From the NCBI GenBank assembly GCA_965153285.1, contig OZ229118.1: DNA of 64,000 nucleotides, one strand, 5' to 3'. Under the pieces are notes generated by a model. The model saw nothing but the letters and a program-made list of their open reading frames with translations. It had not been told where the DNA came from and made no database searches. Source of the DNA: Podarcis tiliguerta (taxonomy: Eukaryota). Both the position numbers and the translations under genes were made by a program. How positions within the stretch are numbered: the stretch's first letter is position 1; every line of letters begins with the position of its first letter. Of this stretch, positions 54,742-64,000 are shown in pieces.

Positions 54742-55648
54742 CAGAATCAAAAGCAATTTGTCATGCAACAGGATGGAAATTCAAATTAACGCCACATTGG
54801 CAGTGTGTAGCAAATCTCATTATATTTTTGATTTATTCACACGTACGTATTTATTTTCGATGTACATTCCACATTCTGAAAGTGGCAAAAGGCACAATAA
54901 AACATAGAAAGTGACATGTTTTGCCCTTGCTTTGAGTTACTTAGAAGCTAAACTACTCCATGTTTTTTCTTAAGCTCTTTGGGCACTGGTGCTTTTATCA
55001 AGTCTTTTCCCACTAGTTGAAAGTCTTCTCAAGTGGACCAAACCTGATGCCAGAAGATGCTTTTGCCATTGGGATCAACCCCAAAGGATGCTCCATCTAG
55101 AAATCAAACAATTTCTGCTGCAGCATAAGCAACGACTAAAGGCAGAGAAGCAAATTAGTGCAGATGGAACTGCAGAGATAACCTTCAAAGTTTTTGTTCC
55201 AAGTCAAAACTCCACAAGCAATTAAATTACCCTACATTATCTCATTCTAAATAGCTTCTGGCAAAGGAGCAGTATTCCCAGCGTATGTGGAACATCTGTA
55301 GCCAGTGACCTCAAAACGATAGTTTACTGATACTCTACTGGAACACAGATAGTGTGTGTCCGTTCCACTGCGAGGCGATAAGCCAATTCTTACATGAAGC
55401 TTAGCAGTCAGACTAGTTTCAATGGCCTTTTTGGCCAACAAACTTGCTCCTAACATTACAGTTATTTGTACAGCTGGTTACTGCCGCACTGACAACCGAC
55501 TCAGGAGCCTGCTTGCATTCATTTCCCTCATCCTTACAACAGGAAGCATAACACTTTTGTTTTCCAGTGACAGCTTTAAAAGACAGCCTTTTCATTTAAG
55601 TACCATTTCACTTATGAATTCTAAGCTATATTGCCTAAAAGGGTAGTA

Positions 55649-55865
55649 CAGTGGTACCTCGGGTTACATACGCTTGAGGTTACAGACTTTGCTAACCCAG
55701 AAATAGTGCTTCAGGTTAAGAACTTTGCTTCAGGATGAGAACAGAAATCATGCAGTGGTGGCGCAGCGGCAGCAGCAGGCCCCATTAGCTAAAGTGGTGT
55801 CTCAGGTTAAGAACAGTTTCAGGTTACTCCAGAATGAATTAAGTACTTAACCTGAGGTACCACTG
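55649..55865. mobile_element. Tigger/pogo-like MITE, copy 3
   Basis: TA-CAGTGGTACCTCGGGTTA ... TAACCTGAGGTACCACTG-TA. Confidence 0.88.
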
Positions 55866-56729
55866 TATTCTTTCAGGTCTTCTTCATGACATTTCTTGCC
55901 TGTATTTCTTCAAGGAGCTCTGACAAGTGCATTTTAGGCTTCCACCATTTTATTCTCATGAGAGGTTTGTGAATCTCTAGGAATTAAAAGCCAAAGCAAA
56001 TTAAGGAATTACCCTAGTACATAAACTTTAACAGTGAAGGCACAAGGCGGATCTTTGACAGTAGAGGTTTTCCCAAGTAGAGGTTTTCCCAAGTTCAGTG
56101 CCACCACCAAAAATATCCTGCCTGATTTCTGAAGTGGACGGTGCTTGGACAAGGACCTCTGATAAATATCTTAATCCCCTGACACAGTTGTATGGAAGAC
56201 GGCTGTCCTTCAGGCACTCAGGAACCACGCCACAGACAGACAAGAACGAATTAACACTCCTAGAGAGATTTCCTCTAACTCTCAGATTTCAGTACCAGTC
56301 CCATAACTGCATTCAATTACACACTCAATACATATTGACTGCATGTCACAGGGGGCTTCAAAGCCAAGATTGAGAGGAGTTTAACCTTTTACAGTCCATG
56401 TCACTGGATGCATCAGTTAATGGCTCTTAGGCCAGAACAGCTTAAATCAGTCAATGGCAATAACAGGTCTCTCTCAGCCATGCATTCTGGAGACGGGCAA
56501 GTGCTATGACAAGTTTATTGGATTTTCTTGGGACAATTTGCTCGGATCTTGTAGCACAAAAGCATGGTTTCTGAGCAGAGATCGTGGCCACCGAAGAGCA
56601 AGTTTAATGGATTATAATGTGTCCACACACCCCCCACACACACTTCTGCTATAATTTAATCCTCCTTTCCATCTTCTCACTCCATCCCATTTTTTCTGAA
56701 GGATTAAGAGACTTATGTGTGCTGCAACA

Positions 56730-57078
56730 TAAAGGTAAAGGGACCCCTGACCATTAGGTCCAGTCGTGACCGACTCTGGGGTTGCGGCGCTCATCTCGCC
56801 TTACTGGCCGAGGGAGCTGGCGTACAGCTTCTGGGTTATGTGGCCAGCATGACTAAGCCGCTTCTGGCAAACCAGAGTAGCGCACGGAAACGCCGTTTAC
56901 CTTTCCGACGGAGCGGTACCTATTTATCTACTTGCACTTTGAGGTGCTTTCGAACTGCTAGGTGGGCAGGAGCAGGGACCGAGCAACGGGAGCTCACCCC
57001 ATCGTGGGGATTCGAACCGCCGACCTTCTGATAAGCAAGTCCTAGGCTCTGTGGTTTAACCCACAGCGCCACCCACAG
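56730..57078 (-). mobile_element. Sauria SINE, full length
   Basis: Reverse complement of the same consensus, from tail AAAGGTAAAGGGACCCCTGACC to head CCCACAGCGCCACCC. Confidence 0.9.
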
Positions 57079-58249
57079 CCTACTGCAGAAAGGTAAGAGT
57101 TGAAGAATTGTGTCCATTGCTTCACTCACTTTGACTTCTGCCCCCATCCATCCCTGCAATTTTGCACCTGGAAGTCGCCTATGAAGAAAAACAGCCCCCA
57201 GGTTGCATAAAAGGTCCCTATTCCAACAGTGGAAGAAGGGAGCTGGTTCTGACTATCCTTCTTCATTGTCCTATGTTGCCAATCTTGGCCAGACAAGATG
57301 GAAACTGAAACATGGAATAGGGACAAAATGGTGGTGATTTTGCAGAAGAGGCTTTATATGTATTAGGATTTTCATAGAATCATAGAGTTGGAAGGGATCC
57401 TGAGGATCATTTAGCACAATCCGAATATGCAGCTGCCCCATACAGGGGTCGGAACTAGGCATTATCATCACAACTCACAATTAAATGCTAAATTGTGATT
57501 ATTTTCATTGCATAATTAGTATTTTCCCCAAACCTTTGGTAAACATATCCATAGAAAAATGGCACAGGAAATCTCCTTTTAATATTGTTACCTTTTTTTC
57601 AACAGCTGTACTAAACCAACATGAGTTACATGTTGCTTCTGACAATGCATCGGATTTTTGGCAAAGTTTTTAATGGAAATTTAAGGAAAGTTACGTCCTT
57701 CCAGAGCTCTCATACAAGAACAAAAAATAATTGCAATGGGAACTCTTTTTAAATGTTTTATCAGAACATCTCAGTGTTACAAACTGTTTTCTTTTGCAAA
57801 TTAATGACTGCTTTGAAAATAAATACACTCACAAATTCCATAATTTGTTCCTGTTTGCTCACAAAAAATGTCAAAACCTCTGATTGAAGAGGTTCATTGG
57901 AGAAATGTTGGATGCTATGGAGTTATCCGACCCCCCCAAGCCATCTGAAGGCAATCCTGTATAGGGAAGTTTTTTTTTAATGCTTAATGTTTTATTATGT
58001 TTTTATATATGTTGGAAGCTGCCCAGAGTGGCTGCGACAACCCAGTAAGATGTGTGGAGTATAAATGGTAAAATTATCATTATGGAATGGGACGTCCCTA
58101 TTCTCATCGGAGAAATGTTGGAGGGTATTTGACCATGCTAACAAATATCATATGCATGGCCAAATAAAATACACAGACATAAATATTAGACATGTAGGGT
58201 CCTAAATGATACATTGTTGGAAACAGCTGTATGTACAAATGCATATAAC

Positions 58250-58388
58250 CAGTGCTTTTTTCTGGGGGTACGCAGGGGTATGCATACCCCTAAACATTTT
58301 GTGAATCTAAGTTTGTCCTCATTGAGGGGCAGTATTTCAATATGAGTAGGAAAATGAGAGTATCCCTAAAAAAATTTTTAAAGCACTG
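58250..58388. mobile_element. hAT-type MITE
   Basis: TIR CAGTGCTTT / AAAGCACTG; 8-bp TSD CATATAAC/AATATAAC. Confidence 0.8.
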
Positions 58389-59596
58389 AATATAACTGAA
58401 ATGCAACATTTTCTACTGTCTGGAAAAATAAATGTTTTTAATCATTCTACCCACAATCATTTTATCCACACTGACAAACGACATCTACACAATACCTAAT
58501 CATTTTGGGGTTATTTTGTTATTGAAGGTCCAATCCTATACTCACTTCCTGAGAGTAAGCCCCATTGACTGTTTATTGTGTGATTTCTTAACTCAGAGTT
58601 TTACATTGCACAACCTCCATACAATCTGGCTGTTTGGCTGTTATTTCTTTGTTGATTTCTCCTTCTCCTTTGACTCCTCATCCCTGATCTTCCTTATACC
58701 CAAGTTTTAGGGACCACTTCTTTGTACTGAACTGTTTTTAAGTGGGGAAACCACCTCACATGGTATTTTAGGATTTTTAGATCCCTGTGTGTTTGACTAT
58801 CATGCATAACATTTTCATTACTGTCCCTGAAGCATGTGATCCATTTATTATTACACAGCATGAGAACTGTCTCCATTATAATTGCCCTCAGTTCTAACAC
58901 TTATCATTAGACATGCCTGCTCTTTGTGATATAGTGTCCAAAATTTGATTTAAATTAGTCCAGCATATAACAGTGCTGTGACAAAAGTGCTAGAGTAACG
59001 AAGCTGATAAATGATTGAAATTCGTATTCTGATGGGGAGCATGAGAAGGGGATTATTAATTCGCTCACAACAATCTGCATTTACTTTGCTCCAGTAAAAG
59101 CTCTTAGGCATGATGAACAGCAGTGATATTTTAAATCTGAAAAAGAGCATTGTGGTCATGTTCAATGATTATAACTGGGCGATGATCTTGCACATGGGAC
59201 TGAGATGTCCGCAGACCACACAGTTACCATCTGCTGGCACTTTTAAACATAGGTACACCAACTCTCTGGGGCTGTGAGTGCTTAGCCCCCACAAAATTTT
59301 AAATGGGGGAGATGAGGGGCACACACAAAGTGTGGCAGTGGCCACATGTACTCTGTGGGGGTTTTGCTCACTGCGTCATCATGTCACCACTACATGCATG
59401 AGTGATGCCCATTGGTGTGCAGATGTAGTGTGTGCATGCTGGTGGGCATGAAGGTGTAGCACCCCCCCCCCCCGTTAGGGGGTGCTAACATGGCTTGTAC
59501 AAGCTCCTGGCATGCGCGCACATCCCAGTGATGGCGCACGGCACCGGGCACCTGCAGTCACGGGCTCCAGCTGGCGCCACTGTTTAAGCATGTCAT

Positions 59597-60257
59597 GTTG
59601 TTGTTTAGTCGTTTAGTCATGTCCGACTCTTCGTGACCCCATGGACCAGAGCATGCCAGGCACTCCTGTCTTCCACTGCCTCCCACCGTTTGGTCATGCT
59701 GTCCTACCATCTCGTCCTCTGTTGTCCCCTTCTCCTTGTGCCCTCCATCTTTCTCAACATCAGGGTCTTTTCCAGGGAGTCTTCTCTTCTCATGAGGTGG
59801 CCAAAGTATTGGAGCCTCAGCTTCAGGATCTGTTCTTCCAGTGAGCACTCAGGGCTGATTTCCTTAAGAATGGATAGGTTTGATCTTCTTGCAGTCCATG
59901 GGACTCTCAAGAGTCTCCTCCAGCACCATAATTCAAAAGCATCAATTCTTTGGCGATTAGCCTTCTTTATGGTCCAGCTCTCACTTCCATACATCACTAC
60001 TGGGAAAACCATGGCTTTAACTATACGGACCTTTGTTGGCAAGGTGATGTCTCTGCTTTTTAAGATGCTGTCTAGGTTTGTCATTGCTTTTCTCCCTAGA
60101 AGCCAGGCGTCTTTTAATTTCGTGACTGCTGTCGCCATCTGCAGTGATCATGGAGCCCAAGAAAGTAAAATCTCTCACTGCCTCCATTTCTTGCCCTTCT
60201 ATTTTCCAGGAGGTGATGGGCCAAGTGGCCATGATCCTCATTTTTTTGATGTTGAGC
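59597..60257 (-). mobile_element. 5'-truncated BovB (RTE clade) LINE
   Basis: Minus-strand translation ...LGRKAMTNLDSILKSRDITLPTKVRIVKAMVFPVVMYGSESWT...FELWCWRRLLRVPWTARRSN is the BovB ORF C-terminus, with a frameshift near 60110. 3' end GGGGTCACGAAGAGTCGGACATGACTAAACGACTAAACAACAAC. Flanked by TGTCAT direct repeats (59591-59596, 60258-60263). Confidence 0.93.
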
Positions 60258-60307
60258 TGTCATAGGATTGGGCTATTGCATAAATTTACACACAGGAACA
60301 AGTTAAG

Positions 60308-63301
60308 ATGGCGGCGCAAGCACTTGCAGCGGCTCGGCACTCCGGAGACCGGTTTTTAGTGATTTGTGTTTTATTTTTATTTTTATCATTGCTGCTATGG
60401 ACTGTGAACACTCAGGCACAAGTAATTTATAGTCGTCAAGAGCTCTTAAGTATCGGCAGAGGAGAAGGTTGCAGCCAGGAGGTCTCAATTTATAACATAC
60501 CAGCTGAGCTTATCAGGGAGCCTCCATATCTTGCACATTCTTGGGATACTCCCTTTGCTCTCCTTGCCAGAAAGAAAAGAAAACGGAGAGGGCGTAAACA
60601 GAAGAGGGGTTGCAGGGCTGGACTACGAGTGAGGCTAGGTAAAAATCCCCACAAGCCTGCATTGCCAAGTCTCCTTGTATCAAATGTGAGATCCTTACCC
60701 AACAAGGTAGAGGAGTTGGAACTTATTACCTCTCGGCAGAAAAGTATCCGGGACTGCTGTGTCATGGTCCTTTTAGAGACATGGCTGGATCCCTCCTTTC
60801 CACAGGGGCTTCTGCAGCTAGAAGGACGCTCAGTGATTAGAGCGGATAGAACCGCCGAATCCGGGAAGAGCAGAGGAGGAGGAATTTGCGTTTATATAAA
60901 TAACAACTGGAGTTTGGACATTAAACAAATGGACACGCATTGCTCTCCTGACTTGGAGTACCTAGTGGTGAAGTGCCGCCCTTTCTATTTGCCACGTGAG
61001 TTTAATGTTGTTATAATAACAGCGGTGTATATACCTCCCGATGCAAACACTACTACAGCTATGGGCCACCTGCTAACTGCTATTAGCAAACAGCAGCGGG
61101 CCCACCCGGATGGAGCATTTGTGGTTGCTGGTGATTTTAACCGAGCCGATTTAAAGACTGTGCTTCCTAAGTTCCACCAGTATGTTGATTGTCCCACCAG
61201 GGGGGGAAATAACCTGGACCGAGTATATAGTAACATCATGCATGGATACAAGACCAAGCCCTTGCCCAATTTGGGGCAGTCAGACCACATATCCCTACTT
61301 ATGATACCATCATATAGACCTCTCGTACGTAGAATTAGACCATCAATTAGAGAGATACGAGTGTGGCCAGTAGGTGCATCTGAACAACTTCAAGATTGTT
61401 TTCGGAGCACCGAGTGGTCGCTTTTTGTGGGGAATAATGTGGACACATACGCTTCAACAGTACTGTTCTACGTTAAAAGCTGCATCGATGTCGTCACTAC
61501 CACCAAACAAATACGGGTGTTCCCTAACAACAAGCCCTGGCTAAACAGGGATGTGTATTTGCTGTTAAAGGCAAGAAATGCTGCTTTTCACTCTGGTGAT
61601 GCGCAACAGTATAGAGAAGCCAGAGCCAAATTGAAAAAGGGCATTAAGAACGCCAAAGCTATGTACTGCCGGAGGATCGAAAAACATTTTGAGAGCTCCG
61701 ACCCTCGTCGAGTATGGCAAGGGCTGCGACAAATTACAGGGCAAAATATTAAAAACGAACTGGCTAGCAGCAGTGCGCACTTAGCTGATCGACTGAATCA
61801 ATTTTTTAGTCGCTTGGAGGTGGGAACTGGAACTACTGACACTACAGCATTGGCTACCAGCACATCATCAGAAGCTACTACTGATAGACAACCATTTTTA
61901 CTACAGACCTCTGATGTACAACGTGCCTTTCGGTGCATTAACATTAGGAAGGCAGCTGGACCGGATGGAATCACGGGACGGGTAATTAGGGACTGCGCTG
62001 CAGAATTAGCTGGTGTATTTACGGACATTTTTAATCTATCCCTGTCGCAGGGTTCTGTCCCTACCTGTCTGAAGACATCGATTATAGTGCCAGTCCCCAA
62101 GCAGTCAGTGGTGGTATCTCTCAATGACTATAGACCAATAGCCCTAACATCTGTCGTTATGAAATGTTTCGAGAGATTGGTGCTAGATCATATTAAGGCT
62201 GGTCTTCCATCCACTCTAGACCCGTTCCAGTTTGCATACAGAAGAAATAGATCTACTGATGATGCTATTTCCATCGTTGTCCACACTGTACTGAGTCACT
62301 TAGAACGACAGGGAACCTACGCAAGGCTGTTGTTTGTGGACTACAGTTCTGCCTTCAATACAATTTTGCCAGACAGGTTATTTCTTAAAATGATCAATTT
62401 GGGTATACATCAGAAGATCTGTCTGTGGGTAAGGAATTTCCTGACTGACAGGCCGCAGACAGTGAGAATGGGACCTTACTATTCTTCTACTCTAGTATTA
62501 GGCACAGGAGCTCCTCAGGGATGTGTGCTAAGTCCCTTTCTCTATTCCCTGTACACATCTGATTGTACCCCACTGTATAAGTCCAACACAATCATCAAAT
62601 TTGCGGATGATACAACAGTGGTGGGGCTCATTAGTGAGAACGATGAGACTGCTTATAGGAAAGAAGTACAGGGGTTAATTCAATGGTGTAAAGAAAACAA
62701 TCTTATGCTTAACACCAAAAAAACCAAAGAACTCATAGTTGATTTTAGGAGAAAGAAAAGTGTATTTTTACCATTGCACATAAATGGCGAGGAGGTGGAG
62801 AGGGTTGGTAGTTTTAAATACCTGGGCACTTATATTTCTGAGGACCTCTCATGGACTGCAAATATTAACATGGTTGTGAGGAAGGTGCAGGGGAGGTTGT
62901 ATTTCCTGAGAATGCTCAGGGGACTGAATCTATCTCAGCACCTACTCCTGTCCTATTATCACAGTACCATCGAGAGTGTCTTAACCTATAGTATATTATC
63001 GTGGTATGGAAGCAGCTCTGAAACGGATAAAAAAGCTTTACTGAGAATAACAAAAATCGCCCAGAATGTTATAGGGCTCCAGCTACCAACCCTGGATGAG
63101 ATCTTCACGTCTCGCACTTTGAAGAAGTCACACAATATCCTGAGAGATCCCACCCATCCTGCTCACAACTTTTTTGAACTGTTGCCTTCGGGCAGAAGAT
63201 ATAGGACAATGAAAACACGAACCACACGCCTTCTGAATAGTTTCTATCCAAGAGCTCTGATTGCACTAAATAATGATCTCAGGGCCAGTTGTAAGAAATA
63301 G
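60308..63301 (+). CDS. LINE polyprotein, 997 aa: APE-type endonuclease + reverse transcriptase + DUF1891-like C-terminal region (Rex1/Babar clade)
   Basis: Uninterrupted ORF. EN motifs NVRSL, ETWL, YIPP, GDFN, LDRVY, SDH. RT motifs KAAGPDG, YRPIAL, QFAY, VDYSSAFN, GAPQGCVLSP, FADD, KYLG. Rex1-type C-terminus DPTHP..F.LLPSGRRYR...NSFYP. Confidence 0.95.
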   Translation: MAAQALAAARHSGDRFLVICVLFLFLSLLLWTVNTQAQVIYSRQELLSIGRGEGCSQEVSIYNIPAELIREPPYLAHSWDTPFALLARKKRKRRGRKQKRGCRAGLRVRLGKNPHKPALPSLLVSNVRSLPNKVEELELITSRQKSIRDCCVMVLLETWLDPSFPQGLLQLEGRSVIRADRTAESGKSRGGGICVYINNNWSLDIKQMDTHCSPDLEYLVVKCRPFYLPREFNVVIITAVYIPPDANTTTAMGHLLTAISKQQRAHPDGAFVVAGDFNRADLKTVLPKFHQYVDCPTRGGNNLDRVYSNIMHGYKTKPLPNLGQSDHISLLMIPSYRPLVRRIRPSIREIRVWPVGASEQLQDCFRSTEWSLFVGNNVDTYASTVLFYVKSCIDVVTTTKQIRVFPNNKPWLNRDVYLLLKARNAAFHSGDAQQYREARAKLKKGIKNAKAMYCRRIEKHFESSDPRRVWQGLRQITGQNIKNELASSSAHLADRLNQFFSRLEVGTGTTDTTALATSTSSEATTDRQPFLLQTSDVQRAFRCINIRKAAGPDGITGRVIRDCAAELAGVFTDIFNLSLSQGSVPTCLKTSIIVPVPKQSVVVSLNDYRPIALTSVVMKCFERLVLDHIKAGLPSTLDPFQFAYRRNRSTDDAISIVVHTVLSHLERQGTYARLLFVDYSSAFNTILPDRLFLKMINLGIHQKICLWVRNFLTDRPQTVRMGPYYSSTLVLGTGAPQGCVLSPFLYSLYTSDCTPLYKSNTIIKFADDTTVVGLISENDETAYRKEVQGLIQWCKENNLMLNTKKTKELIVDFRRKKSVFLPLHINGEEVERVGSFKYLGTYISEDLSWTANINMVVRKVQGRLYFLRMLRGLNLSQHLLLSYYHSTIESVLTYSILSWYGSSSETDKKALLRITKIAQNVIGLQLPTLDEIFTSRTLKKSHNILRDPTHPAHNFFELLPSGRRYRTMKTRTTRLLNSFYPRALIALNNDLRASCKK

Positions 63302-63516
63302 CAAGCAGGGAGTAGGAAGGAATGAGATAGGGTTTAGGTTATGTTATGCTTTTAATAGGTCATGTTATATTCTGGATTATGTATGTTTTATAGATTATGT
63401 CTGAATGGGATGAGAGTGTTGGAGGTACGTGCAAATGTGTATGTGAAGCCGGTCTTTGGGTGGGTGTTTGATTTTCGTTGTTGTGTATACTGTGTATATA
63501 CGGACAATGACAATAA

Positions 63517-63573
63517 ATTCTATTCTATTCTATTCTATTCTATTCTATTCTATTCTATTCTATTCTATTCTAT
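63517..63573 (+). repeat. (TATTC)n pentanucleotide tail of the Rex1-like LINE
   Basis: Ten perfect units directly after AATAAA. Confidence 0.95.
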
Positions 63574-64000
63574 AAACATAAACAATGAACACTAGTTAAA
63601 TCCCATAGTGTGTGTGTGTGTTTCACAACTTCCACAATTCACTTTTGCGTGGACATAAAACTTCTTCAGCAACTTATTCTGCAGGAGTTACATGAGGTCA
63701 GCCTGAAGCAGTGGAGGCTAATGAGTTCCAGACTCAAAGCTCATCCTGTTTCAATCCTAAAGTTTGAGAGAGAAAGAGAGATACAGAGCTAGTACGAAAG
63801 TGACTCTGAAACTGGAGTTTTTGTCCCATTTGAGATGAAAATTATCAGGCATTCCAGATTGCTGAAAGGAGAGGCAACCATTTCCCTTATGAGATTTAGT
63901 TAAAATTGCCTTCCTAATTTGAGAATAGGAAGAATATATACATCCCCATCAAGGGAATTCTTTTGTTTGAGGGAGCTCAAATGTGTACATGAAACTTCCT

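Larger units (their letters stand above)
60270..63573 (+). mobile_element. Full-length Rex1/Babar-like non-LTR retrotransposon
   Basis: Single EN-RT ORF and ~210-nt GT-rich 3'UTR. TGACAATAAA (AATAAA 63512-63517) is followed by ten TATTC units (63521-63570). The 5' boundary is approximate. Confidence 0.88.

Noticed and set aside
59633-60265. 210-aa plus-strand ORF
   Set aside because: Antisense frame of the BovB fragment, with no independent protein signature.
63517-63573. CRISPR-like or prokaryotic RT system (retron/DGR) next to the RT
   Set aside because: Spacer-less microsatellite tail; the RT is fused to an APE endonuclease in a vertebrate context.

Overview
Vertebrate genomic DNA, most likely from a lacertid lizard (Sauria SINE and Squam3 subfamilies, lacertid-type BovB). 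The only host gene is the 5' part of ANKRD50 on the minus strand. Its CpG-island promoter and first exon(s) lie at ~30.2-32.1 kb. Exon 2 spans 28483-29746, with a ~785-nt 5'UTR and CDS start at 28961. Exon 3 spans 8816-9045, and the large ankyrin-repeat exon lies beyond the left edge. Position 32 kb to the end is gene-free upstream DNA with candidate enhancers and many transposable elements: SINEs, Tc1/mariner and hAT MITEs, L2/CR1/RTE fragments and a probable solo LTR. The most notable feature is an apparently full-length, intact Rex1/Babar-type LINE (~60.27-63.57 kb; one 997-aa APE+RT ORF; (TATTC)n tail) lying head-to-head with a truncated BovB. The ~120-aa leader of its ORF carries a signal-peptide/TM-like segment, a match to the eIF4E-binding consensus (YSRQELL) and a basic NLS/RNA-binding cluster. 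Its start ATG is embedded in a YY1 site. All family assignments come from motif recognition and recall, not database searches.
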